Shown here in pieces: positions 24,695 to 37,546 of a stretch of DNA of 64,000 nucleotides; the first letter of the stretch is position 1; the number at the start of each line of letters is the position of its first letter. Under the pieces are notes generated by a model that was given only the letters and a program-made list of their open reading frames with translations, ran no database searches and was not told the DNA's origin. This DNA is from Chiloscyllium plagiosum (taxonomy: Eukaryota), in the NCBI RefSeq assembly GCF_004010195.1, contig NC_057718.1:70728580-70792579 (forward strand). The letters run 5' to 3'. The position numbers and the translations under genes were made by a program.

Positions 24695-27600
24695 CTCCTG
24701 TTCCCTGGATGCTGCCTGACATGCTGTGCTGTTCCAGCAATAAAGTTTCAACTTTGATCTCCAGCATCTGCAGACCTCACTTTCTCCTCTCCCCTCTGAA
24801 CCTTCCATATTTCTCGATTCTCAATTTGATTTTCTGCCTGATGCTTATCATAAACACACTTTTACTCCTTTATATTAATTTATATCTCTTGTGTTATTCA
24901 GGTATCTCTGGATTTGTTTGTTCTAACTTCCCCATTGGAGCATGTGCCGAAATCAGTTCCATTGTTCAGGTACTTCTTTTCCTGCCACTCTCTCAATTCT
25001 GCCAAATCCCTGTTCTTGCCCCACTGAAGTCTACTCTCCACAAATTGATTTTTCTCACTCTGAATTGTTGCATGTCATTCACTACCATCATTCTGAATCT
25101 TACGATACAACGACCATTGCTTCCTAAATATTCCCCAACTGACACTAAATCCACTTAGTCCACCTCATTTCTAAGAATTAGATCTAAATGTGCATCCTTT
25201 CTTGAAAACTAGACTAGAAAATTACTGCGCTCCCGCATGCAATCCAGGAATACTTACCTCCCGCAGCTCTGTACACTAGATCATAGAATCCCTATGGTGT
25301 CAAAACAGGCCATTTGGCCCATCAAGTTCACACTGACTGTCCAAAGACCATCCCACCCAGACCCATCTCAACCCTAGGACCCTGCATTTCCCCATGGCTA
25401 AACTACGTAGCCTGCACATCTCAGGATACTATGAACAAGTTAGCATGGCCAATCCACATAACCTGCACATCTTTGGACTGTGGGAGGAAACCAGAGCACC
25501 CAAAGAAAACTCACGCAGACATGGGGAGAATGTACAAACACCACACAGACAATCACCTGAGAGTGGAATCAACCTGGGTCTGTGGTGCTGTCTGGTCAAT
25601 GCTTGGGTAATGGAAGTCTCCCATTATAACTACACTATAATGTTAGCAGCTCTCTGTAATTTCCTTATACATTTGTTCTTCTACATCTTGTCCATTAGTT
25701 AGTGGTCTATAGAATACACCCAGTAATGTGATTGTATCTTTTTTTGTTCCTTAGGTTTAGCTAAATAGATTTTCAGCTTGGACCCCCAGGTCATCCTTTC
25801 TCCAGCATTGCAATGTGCTCCTCAACAAATACTGCTCCTGCTCCTACTTTCCTCCCTTTTCTATCTTTTTTGAACACCTTATATCTAGGAATATTTAACA
25901 CCCAGTTTTGTCCTTCCTCAAGCCAGGTCTCTACTATCACTACAACATCAAAATTCTACATAACAATCTGCACTATAACTCCCTATCTTATTTACTATAC
26001 ATCATGCATTCACATACATGCACAATTAGCCTTGACTTTTTCCTTCCTCACTCTCACTTAATTTAACAACTTGCTGTCTATGTTAGTGCCAGTTGCACAT
26101 CTTATATACTTTGTGAACCCTGGTCTTCTCCTCTACTATTCTCACTTGATATCCCCCCTGCCAAATTACTTTAAAGCTTTCCCGAAAGTATTATCAAAAT
26201 GCCTTGCAAGGAATTCAGTCCCAGCTCTATTCAGGTGCAACCCATCCAGCCTGTACACTTGCCATCATCCCAAGGGCCAGTCCCACATTCATCTGCCTTC
26301 ATCGATTTCTGCACACACTTCATATGGCACTGGGAGTAAACCAGGAATTACTACGTGAGGTGCTGCTTGCTAATCTTCTACATAGCTTCTGAAATTTTGA
26401 TTGCTGGACCACATTCTCCTTCCTCCCCAAGTCATTGGTACCAATGTGGACCTTAATCTCTGTTTCTGGATTAGTGGTGCTGGAAGAGCACAGCAGTTCA
26501 GGCAGCATCCAAGGAGCAGTAAAATCGATGTTTCGGGCAAAAGCCCTTCATCAAGAACCCTTACCCCAAAAGAATGTTCTGCAGCCACTGTGTGACACCC
26601 TGGTGCGACCTGGCACCAGGGAGGCAAAATACCATGCTGGGGTTAGGTTGACAACCACAAAAACGCCTATACGTTCTCCTAATTAATAAATCCTCTATTA
26701 CTATTGCTCCTCCTTTCCTTCTTCCTGTCCAGAAAGCCCCACACAGTGCAATAAACGTAACTCTGGCTTCTCTCTCCTGAGAAATCTGTGTCCCCATCAG
26801 CTTCCAAAATGGAAAATCAATTTCTGAGCAGGATGCCACGGACTCTTGCAGTGCCTGCCAGTTTTGCATGGACTACTTGACCATCTTCCTTCTTCCAGGC
26901 TCTTAAGCTACAGTGTGACTACCTCTCTGAATGTAACTCTCAGTCTCAATGTGCCACAGTGTCTCCAGATGTTGTTCAAGCTCTGAAATGTGAAGCTCAA
27001 GTTTCTGCAGATGGAAGAACTCCCTGCACATTTGGTTGTTTTGGACCTCAGTAGAGTCCTAAAAGAAATCCATGGATCAGATGTTGCTGAAATGGCAATG
27101 GAGGACGAGGTGGCAGAGACATTAGTTTCCTAAAAGCGAATAAAAATCAGTTATTAGAAAGAACCAGATCAGATTCCTTTGAGGAAAATCAAAGAATTAA
27201 GGGTGGAAACTGTGGAGACATTGACCACGATCTCTCAATTTCCTCAGACTTACAATTAGTGCCAGAGGACTTGAAAAATTCCCATTCTTATTTTTAAAAA
27301 TCCCACTTAAGTAACCCGTTTGAGTTTTTCAATGAAGTAACAGAAGGTTGACCAGAGCAACACAATTGATGTGGAGTTGAATGATCTTCCAGTAGGTGTT
27401 TTGAAAGGCTTGCCAGCAAAATAAACCATGGGATCACAATGACAGTGGCAACACTGAGTAACAAGCACTAAGAACTGAAGTGAATAATTGCTTTTCATAT
27501 CAGAAAAAAGTATCTTTGCTTTGATATATTATTGACCTAAACTTAAACAAATCTGAAACAAGGCTTAAGTGTACAAGACCAAATCTCAAAAGGAAGATAG

Positions 27601-27814
27601 ATGGAAACCTGAAGGAAATAACTTGCAAGGCATTGATTACGTAAAAGTGACTGGATTGCACTGCATGAATTTGATGGTCCAAAACACTCTATGATACTGG
27701 AATTATAGTTCTCCTAACGAGTGTACTTATTTTTCTGCTATTAATGTTTGTTGTTCAAACATCTCACGACTAATGTTGAGAGATGTAGGCATTTAGCAGT
27801 AGTGCTACAAATAC

Positions 27815-27882
27815 CTTTCTTCTGCTGAAACTTCTTCGCTCTTTCCTCAATGAACCATTCTCCAGATTTCTCCTTCATTTGT
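27815..27882 (-). CDS. SYTL3: SYTL3 coding exon 3, SHD2 with SGEWF Rab27-binding motif
   Basis: Acceptor tatttcag, donor gtattt, 68 nt, phase 2 to phase 1. Encodes (R)QMKEKSGEWFIEERAKKFQQKK(G), in frame with both neighbours. Confidence 0.92.
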
Positions 27883-27954
27883 CTGAAATATAGAATCAGT
27901 ATAATTTATTTTAAAAATAGAACTTCAGTTCCTGCAGAGCAGGTCAGTTTTGAT

Positions 27955-28665
27955 GACATGGAATTCAATCTGGTTAAGTGTACTTGGGGTGGACAAACAA
28001 GGCAAGGGAATACATTATGAATGGTAGGGCCCTGAGAAGTACCGAGGATCAGAGGAATTTTGCTGTGTGCAAATGCTTTGGATCCTTAAGGTATCAGGAC
28101 AGTGGATAAAGTGTTTATGACGATACACTGGATACTTGCTTTTATTAGCTGATGCCCAGAGTTTAAGAGCAGGGAGGTTATGCTGGAACTGTATTGGTTA
28201 GGTCATAGCTAGAGAATTGTGCATAGTTCTGGATCCATATGATAGGTTGGATGTGATAGCACTGGAAAAGACACAGAGATTTTGCAGGATGTTGCCTGGG
28301 CTGGAAAGTTTCAGTTATGGACAGAATGGGGTTGTTTTCCTTAGAGTACAGGAGATTAAAGGAGATGTGACTGGAATGTATAAAATTACGAGGGGCATAG
28401 ATAGGGTCAACAAGAAGAAACTTTCCCCTTGCTGGAGAGATCAATGACTAGAGGGCATGGATTTAAGGTAAGGCACATACGGTTTCGAGGAGATGTTAGT
28501 GGCATGGCAGGTATCTGGAACTCACTGTCTGTAAAGGTGGTAGAGGGAGAAACCTACACAACATTTAAGATGTAGTTTGATGTGCATTGATGATGCCAAG
28601 GCATACAAGGCTATGAGCCAACTGCTGGAAAATGGGTTTGTTTCTGGACTGAAGATCTCTGTGAC
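27955..28665 (+). mobile_element. Decayed CR1 3' fragment
   Basis: ALEKTQRFCRMLPGLE and MYKITRGIDRV motifs. Confidence 0.85.
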
Positions 28666-28799
28666 CTCATTACATTCAGGGAGATATGTTCCAGTAAATA
28701 AAGTGAAATTACCTTCAAGGCAATGTAGTTGCAAGGAAGAATTTGTCAAGTGAAACCCTTAATGAGATAAATAATATCAAAAACTTATTTCTTTAAAAA

Positions 28800-29220
28800 T
28801 GTAGTGGGTAAGCAGTACTCTCGCTTCACAGTTGGGGATCTATTACATTACCTAGCAGATGTGCTGTCTTTCAAATGAACACTGCATGCTTTCTCAAGTG
28901 GATACAAAAGATCCAATAGCACAATTGACAGAAGAGAGGTGGGGGGGGGGGGGGATTGTGCTGATGCCGTGGACAAAATAAACAACATCACTGAAGCAAC
29001 AGAAAGTGAGGACTGCATATGCTGGAGATCAGAGTTGAGGGTGTGGTGCTGGAAAGACACAACAAGTCAGGCAGCATCCGAGGAGCAGAAAAATCAATTA
29101 TGAAGGGCGTATGCCCATAATGTCAATTTTCCTGCTCCTCGGATGCTGCCTGACCTGCTGTGTCATTCCAGCACCACACTCTCAGTATCACTAAAGAAGG
29201 TCATCTGGTTACCAAATTGC
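28800..29220 (+). mobile_element. Deu-domain SINE relic with nested PLE family-A fold-back (about 29000-29184)
   Basis: gtggatacaaaagatccaatagcac...aacatcact is split by an inverted-repeat insert, flanked by a degenerate repeat atcact(g/a)aag. Confidence 0.65.
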
Positions 29221-29247
29221 AAGTATCTTGCGACTATGACTACATCT

Positions 29248-32160
29248 CATAGAACATAGAACATTACTGTGCAGTACAGGCGCTTCAGCTCTGGTTATTG
29301 CGCTGACCTATTCAACCAATCTGAAGCCTATCTATCCTATATTATTCCATTTTCATCCATATGTTTATCCAATGACCATTTAAATGCACTTTGAGTTGGC
29401 GAGTCTATTACTGTTGGAGGCAGTGCGTTCCATGCCCCTGCTACTCTGAGTAAAGAAACTACCTTTGATATCTGTCCTATATCGATCACCCCTTAACTTA
29501 AAACTATGTCCCCTCATGCTAGCCATCATCATCCGAGGAAAAAGGTTCTCACTGTCCACCCTATCTAACCCTCTGATATGTCGCAGTTAAGTCACCTCTG
29601 AACCTTCTTCTCTCTAATGAAAACAGCCTCAAGTCCCTCAGCCTTTCCTCATCAGATCGTTCCTCCATACCAGACAAAATCCTAGTAAACCTCCTCTGAA
29701 CCCTTTACAAAGCTTCCACATCCTTCCTATAATGCAGTGACGACACTGTATAGAAGCAAAGAGGTTCTTCTGCAGCTGTACAGGGCCCTGGTGAGACCAC
29801 ACCTGGAGTACTGAGGGCAGTTCTGGTCTCCAAATTTGAGGAAAGACATTCTGGCTATTGAGGGAGTGCAGTGTAGATTCACGAGGTCAATTCCTGGAAT
29901 GGCGGGATTACCTTACACTGAAAGACTGGAGCGACTGGGCTTGTATACCCTTGAGTTTAGAAGACTGAGAGGCGATCTGATTGAGACATATAAGATTATT
30001 AAAAGATTGGACACTCTGGAGGTAGGAAACATGTTTCCGCTGATGGATGAGTGCCGAACCAGAGGACACAGCTTAAAAATACGGGGTAGACCATTTAGAA
30101 CAGAGATGAGGAGAAACTTCTTCACCCAGAGAGTGGTGGCTGTGTGGAATGCTCTGCCCCAGAGGGCAGTGAAGGCCCAGTCTCTGGATTTATTTAAGAA
30201 AGAGTTGGATAGAGCTCTCAAGGATTATGGAATCAAGGGTTATGGAGATAAGGCAGGAACAGGATACTGATTAAGGATGATCAACCATGATCATATTGAA
30301 TGGTGGTGCAGGCTCGAAGGGCAGAATGGCCTACTCCTGCACCTATTGTCTATTGCCTATTGAATCCTTAAAAGAGTATAAAGGCAGTAGGAGTATACTT
30401 AAGAGGGAAATCAGGAGGGCAAAAAGGGGACATGAGATAGCTTTGGCAAATAGAATTAAGGAGAATCCAAAGGATTTTTACAAATACATTAAGGACAAAA
30501 GGGTAACTAGGGAGAGAATAGGGCCCCTCAAAGATCAGCAAGGTGGCCTTTGTGTGGAGCCGCAGAAAATGGGGAGAATGTAGGGAAATAGATAGTGACA
30601 TCTTGAAAAAATGTCCGTATTACAAAGGAAGAAGTGTTGGATGTTTTGAAACACATGTAGATGGATAAATTCCCAGGACGGGATCAGGTGTACCCTAGAA
30701 CTCTGCGGGAAGCTAGGGAAGTGATTGTTGGGCCTCTTGCTGACATGTTTGTATCATCGATAGTCACAGGTGAGGTGCTGGAAGACTGGAGGTTGGCAAA
30801 CGTGGTGCTACTGTTTAAGAAGGGTGGTCAGGACAAGTCAGGGAACAATAGACGTCAGTGGTGGGCAAGTTGTTGGAGGGAATGTACATGCATTTGGAAA
30901 GGCAAGGACTGATTAGAGATAGTCAACATGACTTTGTGCACAGGAAATCATGTCTCATTGCGTTTTCTGAAGAAGTAACGAAGAGGATTGATGAGGGCAC
31001 AGTGGTAGATGTGATCTATATGGACTTCAGTCAGGCGTTCGACAAGGTTCCCCATGGGAGACTGATTAGCAAGGTTAGATCTCATGGAATACAAGGAGAA
31101 CTAGCCATTTGGATACTGAACTGGCTCAAAGATAGAAGACAAAGGGTGGTGGTGGAGGGTTGTTTTCAGACTGGAGGCATGTGACCAGTGGAGTGCCACA
31201 AGAATCGGTGCCGGGTCCACTACTTTTCATCATATATATAAATGATTTGGATGTGAACATAAGAGGTATAGTTAATAAGTTTACAGATGACACCAAAATT
31301 GGACGTGTAGTGGACAGCGAAGATGTCAACAGGATCTTGATCAGATGGGCCTATGGGCTGAGAAGTGGCAGATGGAGTTTAATTCAGATAAATGCGAGGT
31401 GCTGCAGTTTGGAAAAGCAAATCTTAGCAGGATTTATACACTTAATAGTAAGGTCCTAGGGAGTGTTGCTGAACAAAGAGACCTTGAAGTGCAGGTTCAT
31501 AGCTCCTTGAAAATGAAGTCACAGATATGTAGGATAGTGAAGAAGGCATTTGATATGCTTTCCTTTATCGGTCAGAGTATTGAGTACAGGAGTTGAGAGG
31601 TCATTTGCGGCTGTACAAGACATTGGTAAGGCCACTGTTGGAATATTGTGTGCAATTCTGGTCTCCTTCCTATCAGAAAGATGTTGTGAAACTTGAAAGG
31701 GTTCAGAAAAGACTTACAAGGGTGTTGCCAGGGTTGGAGGATTTGAGCTATGGGGAGAGGCTGAACAGCTGGGTCTGTTTTCCCTGGAGCGTTGGACGAT
31801 AAGGGGTGACCTTATTGAGGTTTCTAAAATTATGAGGGGCATAGATAGGATAAATAGACAAAGTCTTTTCCCTGGCGTGGTGGAGTCCAGAACTAGAGGG
31901 CATAGGTTTAGGGTGAGAGGCGAAAGATATAAAAGAGACCTAAGGTGCAACTTTTTAATGCAGAAGGTGGTATGTGTATGGAATGAGCTGCCAGAGGAAG
32001 TGGTGGAGGCTGGTACAATTGCAACATTTAAAAGGCATTTGGATGGGTATATGAATAGGAAGGGTTTGGAGGGATATGGGCCGGGTGTGACAGGTGGGAC
32101 TAGATTGGGTTGGGATGTCTGGTCGGCATGGACGGGTTGGACCGAAGGGTGTGTTTCTGA
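29248..32160. mobile_element. Nested CR1 cluster
   Basis: A minus 3' fragment (about 29248-29745), a young plus 3' fragment (about 29753-30363, 144-aa open C-terminus) and a plus ORF2 (about 30364-32160) with DFSQAFDKVPH, GVPQES and KFTDDTK. Confidence 0.9.
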
Positions 32161-32354
32161 AGAATATTTACTTTTTTCTTAAAGACTTTCCTAAACATTC
32201 AATTATTCCTTAACTTTAAAGAGAATAAAACTTCAACACAGCTTCCCAGTCCAGCAGCTTTCCAACAGACTTCTGCCATAAAAAAAAACAGTCCAAACCA
32301 GTTCAATCCATGGTTTGTTTTCCTTTTTCAACATTCTCTGTGGTTCTCATCCCT

Positions 32355-32592
32355 TGATTTACTACGTATTGCATGACAAAAGAGTGCTGCAAATTTCAAA
32401 AACATTATGAGATTCTGGATTAATACTCAATGTCAAAGTAAATTTTCAAAGTCAATGAAAATATTTTTGGATCACATTGTAGAGGCAGCATGAACTCAGG
32501 CAGCACACAAAAGATGAAAGACGTTAAGAAATTTCCACCAACCAGGAATATTGCTGAATTTCAAAGATTTATGGGTATAGTGAATTTGGTAG
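32355..32592 (+). mobile_element. Ty3/Gypsy RT thumb fragment
   Basis: IFLDHIV...KMKDVKKFPPTRNIAEFQRFMGIVNL matches the Gypsy pattern FLGHIV...FPxPxNxxELQRFLGMVN. Confidence 0.7.
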
Positions 32593-33259
32593 CTTTCAGT
32601 TGTAAAGGCAGGGACTTCCTTTTCTTTGTGCCATAGCAGGCACTTTGTAAGTTGAAAAACCTCTACAGTTCTGCACTCTCTGATTTATGGTTTTGAAGGG
32701 CTCATCCCCACTCTGCCTTTCTCAGCTTGTCTGGAGCCCGCTGCATTCCAGAAAGTTATTGGGTTAGGAAGACTGAAACTCAGTGATCACCAGAAATCCA
32801 TATTCTCAATGGAGTTTCAGTCTTTGAACTGTTTTGATGACTTTCCCCTTCCAATTCAATTGTGCAGCTGGCTGAACATCCTTCATTTGCTATTCTCTAA
32901 TACTGCTAAGTTTTAATTCAAGTATTTTCTTTGCCGCTTATCATCATTTTCATGGTATGATCATTGCTTAGCATCATTTAGGATTATCGATAGAATCATA
33001 ACACTAGAACTCCAAACAGGTGGACCGCTCTGGCAATACTACTCTGAAATGAGCCATAACAAAAGGGAAAGTGATTTTCTTCAATTACCTAAACATCCTT
33101 TTATTATTACTACCTATAAATTAACAGGGGGAGAGAAACAGACAGACAGATAAAATCTATCTTTTTACCCCAAGCTTTCTGAGGTCTTTTCTTCCATAGA
33201 CAGATTCAAGTATACTGATAAAGAAAAATTTCAGTCCAGAAGTTGTTGCTAGGTAACCA

Positions 33260-34130
33260 TTAAGACCATAAGACCACAAGACCATAAGACATAGGAATGG
33301 AAGTCAGGCCATTCGGCCCATCAAGTCCACTCCGCCATTCTGGGTGACACGGTGGCACAGTGGTTAGCACTGCTGCCTCACAGCGCCAGAAACCCGGGTT
33401 CAATTCCCGCCTCAGGCGACTGACTGTGTGGAGTTTGCACGTTCTCCCCGTGTCAGCGTGGGTTTCCTCCGGGTGCTCCGGTTTCCTCCCACAGTCCAAA
33501 GATTTGTAGGTCAGGTGAATTGGCCATGCTAAATTGCCCGTAGTATTAGGTAAGGGGTATGGGTGGGTTACGCTTCGGCGGGGCGGTGTGGACTTGTTGG
33601 GCCGAAGAGCCTGTTTCCACACTGTAATGTAATCTAAATCTAATCTTAATCATGGCTGATGGGCATTTCAACTCCACTTACCCGCATTCTCCCCGTAGCC
33701 CTTAATTCCTTGTGATATCAAGAATTTATCAATCTCGGCCTTGAAGCCATTTAGCGTCCCAGCCTCCACTGCACTCCGCGGCAATGAATTCCACAGGCCC
33801 ACCACTCTCTGGCTGAAGAAATGTCTCTGCATTTCTGTTCTGAATTTACCCCCTTTAATTCTAAGGCTGTGCCCACGGGTCCTAGTCTCCTCACCTAACG
33901 GAAACAATTTCTTAGTGTCCACCCTTTCCAAGCCATGTATTATCTTATAAGTTTCTATTAGATCTCCCCTTAACCTTCTAAACTCCAATGAATACAATCC
34001 CAGGATCCTCAGCCGTTCCACGGACCTGCCATTCCAGGGATCATCCGTGTGAATCTCCGCTGAACACGCTCCAGTGCCAGTATGTCCCTCCTGAGGTGTG
34101 GGGCCCAAAATTGGACACAGTACTCCAACG
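33260..34130 (-). mobile_element. Young CR1 3' fragment with nested HE1 (33342-33645, plus)
   Basis: 146-aa minus ORF with RRLRGDLIETYKI...TRGH and a (tatggtct)n tail. The HE1 splits tccgccattc/aatcatggc. Confidence 0.9.
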
Positions 34131-34495
34131 CAGAGTGATTAATGCCATAAAATACTGAAGATCCATCTCTTAACTCTCTTAGAAGCTTAGCTGCCTTCTC
34201 TCCACAAAGTCTGACTTTTTGTAAAGGGTAGGTGATCCATGCAACACCAGGTTATAGTCCAACTGGTTTACAGAGGAACCTCAATTAGTAAAGAAGGCGT
34301 TTGGTATGCTTTCCTTTATTGGTCAGAATATTGAGTACAGGAGTTGGGAGGTCATGTGGCGGCTGCACAGGACATTGGTTAGGCCACTGTTGGAATATTG
34401 CATGCAATTCTGGTCTCCTTCCTATCAGAAAGATGTTGTGAAACTTGAAAGGATTCAGAAAAGATTTACAAGGATGTTGCCAGGGTTGGAGGATT

Positions 34496-34689
34496 NNNNN
34501 NNNNNNNNNNNNNNNNNNNNNNNNNNNNNNNNNNNNNNNNNNNNNNNNNNNNNNNNNNNNNNNNNNNNNNNNNNNNNNNNNNNNNNNNNNNNNNNNNNNN
34601 NNNNNNNNNNNNNNNNNNNNNNNNNNNNNNNNNNNNNNNNNNNNNNNNNNNNNNNNNNNNNNNNNNNNNNNNNNNNNNNNNNNNNNNNN
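34496..34689. other. Assembly gap (194 N)
   Basis: Run of N inside a CR1 copy. Confidence 0.99.
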
Positions 34690-34982
34690 GAAGGGTCTGT
34701 TTCCATGCTGTACATCTCAATGACGCTATGACTCTATCTGAAGGACACCTGCGGAGAGTATTTCATTCGATTATTTGAATTCCGGATTATCAAATGCCGG
34801 ATAACATAGTTTAGCCAAGCACTGGGACCTTGCAATCTTGCCAGATAATCTGATATTTGGATAATTGAATGCTGGATAATTGAGGTTCCTCTGCATTTGG
34901 AGACACTAGCTTTCGAAGCGCTGCTTCTTTATCAGGTGGTTGTAAATCACGATCGTAAGATCTTATGATCCTGCTCCACAAC

Positions 34983-35017
34983 CACCTGATGAAGAAGCAG
35001 TGCTTCGAAAGCTAGTG
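34983..35017 (+). ncRNA. Minimal type-I hammerhead motif, family C
   Basis: cac-CTGATGA-A-GAAGC-agt-GCTTC-GAAAG-CTA-gtg: stem I cac/gtg, 5-bp stem II, palindromic AGCT, CUA site. Confidence 0.75.
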
Positions 35018-35130
35018 CCTCCAAATAAGCCTGTTGGACTATAAGCTGGTGTTGTGTGATTTTTAACTTTGTCCACCTCAGTCCAACACAGGCTCCTCCA
35101 AATCATAGGTGAACCACAGTACACTTCAAC

Positions 35131-35317
35131 GTTGTGGTTCTGTTCGCCGAGCTGGGAATTTGTGTTGCAGACGTTTCGTCCCCTGTCAACGTGACATCCT
35201 CAGTGCTTGGGAGCCTCCTGTGAAGCGCTTCTGTGATCTTTCCTTCGGCATTTGTAGTGGTTTGAATCCGGATTCAAATACCGGAGCACCCAAGCTACAA
35301 ATCTTCTCACAAACTTT
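35131..35317. mobile_element. PLE family-D short inverted insertion
   Basis: 12-bp TSD gtacacttcaac (35119-35130, 35318-35329). Retains many CpGs and contains a minus-strand hammerhead. Confidence 0.8.
35167..35206 (-). ncRNA. Minimal type-I hammerhead motif, family D
   Basis: The minus strand reads gca-CTGAGGA-T-GTC-acgttgacaggg-GAC-GAAAC-GTC-tgc. Confidence 0.72.
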
Positions 35318-36836
35318 GTACACTTCAACCTTCGGACTTTGCAGTGCCCAAAAATTACATGGTAAACCCTCTTCAACCCAAAAATTATCCAAATGTTTCT
35401 TTAAAAATCTGCCAATGGACCATTTATTTCCAACACCATGAGCTCAAGACATTCTAGGGCTGATAATTTATTCCCAATAAACTAAATACATAAGCATGTT
35501 ACAGCAGTGCTTTACTACCATCTTTTCCCATCAAGTTTTAGTTGCATGTATTCTGAGAGCATTGTAACACAGCAACTGAACATCTGTGTAAGAAACTATT
35601 ATCAATGTACACGTATAGTTGGTGCTTTACTCCACACTGACCACGTAACTACTTATCAGCACTCACATTAATGAAGGGAAACATATCCTGCATGGAATAG
35701 GATGCTTTCCCGACACTAGGGTGTAGGCAGAACTCACATTTACTCTATTTTTAAAAAAATACCATGGAGAATAATACTTTGACATTATAATGTGTCCAAG
35801 AACAAAACCACTCAGATAAAATTTGTTAATAGATGGTAGTCCCCTCCATTAATGGACTAAAAACACATCAGGACTACTTCACTGGCTGTGCACTATGTTG
35901 CAAGTCTTCAAACTGTGCAAAATACAATATAAGTGCACGTTCTCTCTCAGTCTTCAATCTTGTGTCAATGCTGAAAAAAAACTTTAGGATTCTTAACTAT
36001 TGAATGAAAAACAGACAAATTTACCATCCGTGTCATCACAATACTTGCAAGGTTATGTTGACACCAGAAGTGGAAGAAATGGGAAAGGTAAAGGAAATGG
36101 TTTATGCAAAAATGCTCAGTAACATCATTCTCTTTTAGGAGCTAACCCAAGTTGGAATGTCTTAAAGCAGTCCATTCCCCAACAGCACTGCCAACTCTGG
36201 TTAGTCGAATTCCTATAGGTTAAGTCACATGATATTCTGATCATTGACATTATATTACATCCAACATGGCATCTGAGCAAATATCAACACAATCTAATGC
36301 AATTGCAACAATTACTTTTCTTGTGTGTAAATTGGGAAAACAGGAAGTCTGGGCACAACTGTGTTGCAGAGAATGCATCAGATATATGTTTTCACAACTT
36401 GTAGGTCAAAGTATGTTATCCACATTTGGTTACACAAAGCCATGTAACATTTTGAGAAGTTGGATTTTATGAATTTGTGATCCAAGCTGGTATTGCTGGG
36501 ATTTTTATGCTGCAGTTTGTTATAGACCTGAGAAAGGGAAGTTAGACTCAGACCTCAAGAACCCTAGAGCCTACATAAGTCTGTCTCTCTTTCTTATTGT
36601 CTGATTTTAAAAAACCTTAAAAACTCTGAAAAGAAGAATTTCTAAATCAAGTAAAGACCTAGGTCCAACTGACTGGCCACTGAAGTGATGATTTTCTATT
36701 GCACTGTGGCCAATAGGAAAATTATGTCATTGCCAAAAACCAAACGAACTGTGAAATATTCACCACATTCCACACTCATCACTTCAACTGCTGATCCACC
36801 AATTTTCTTCTTTTGTGCTTCTGTTTTCTATCTATA

Positions 36837-37166
36837 ATTAGATTAGATTAGATTAGATTAGATTACTTTACAGTGTGGAAACAGGCCCTTCGGCCCAACA
36901 AGTCCACACCGACCCGCCGAAGCGTAACCCACCCCTACCCCTACATTTACCCCTTACCTAACACTACGGACAACTTAGCATGGCCAATTCACCTGACCTG
37001 TACATCTTTGGACTGTGGGAGGAAACCGGAGCACCCGGAGGAAACCCACGCAGACACGGGGAGAACATGCAAACTCCACACAGTCAGTCGCCTAAGGCGG
37101 GAATTGAACCCGGGTCTCTGGCGCTGCGAGGCAGCAGTGCTAACCACTGTGCCACCGTGCCGCCCA
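36837..37166 (-). mobile_element. Young HE1 V-SINE
   Basis: Full-length, CpG-rich, with a (taatc)n tail. Confidence 0.93.
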
Positions 37167-37546
37167 CTAATATTTCAGCAGAGCCGTCTTTCATATATTC
37201 TGTTTGTGAATTAATGTGTACAGGTCTGGATTTAAAGGGGATTTCATTTGTTTTATAATAGCTAATAATCCATTTGTCCACTTGTTAACAGTGTGTTTAT
37301 AATAATCTTTTTTGTTTATTGATCAAACCAAGCATGAGTATCTTTAGTCCTAGATAGCAGAGTCAGGCAAATGAACCATTTTGGTGATTCAACTGGCTAT
37401 TTATATAGGAGTGGCAGCTCGAGGAACAGTGTGGCTTCATTCCCACTGCACTCTTTCCATCAGTCTACAGAGGGAACATGGCTATTTGTGGAAGCTGATC
37501 CAGCTGACACAGTGCAAAATATGACCATAGTTTTAGAAGTTCTTAC

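Larger units (their letters stand above)
24567..24787. mobile_element. Young PLE family-A palindromic element
   Basis: 12-bp TSD tctcccctctga (24555-24566, 24788-24799). The palindrome 24566-24753 is centred on GAATTC with a single mismatch. Confidence 0.92.
24400..27060 (-). mobile_element. CR1 LINE 5' half (ORF1 esterase, start of ORF2) with nested PLE minis and HE1
   Basis: ORF1 SGNH-type motifs AIVIEDLLIRRTYRRFCG...VFCLPGAR and VHIGTNDLGRK. Nested HE1 at about 25285-25590 (minus) and a family-A half element at about 26464-26557. Confidence 0.8.
34240..35105. mobile_element. Three-layer nest: PLE family-C fold-back containing a Tigger-like MITE (34271-34893) containing a CR1 3' fragment (about 34288-34736)
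   Basis: The PLE sequence caacaccaggttatagtccaac.ggttta/tttgg is split at TA by TIRs cagaggaacctcaatta / taattgaggttcctctg, and the MITE is split by CR1. Probable TSD taggtga(t/a)cca at 34229-34239 and 35106-35116. Confidence 0.85.

Noticed and set aside
34306..34731. ORFs containing X runs
   Set aside because: Artefacts of translating through the N gap.
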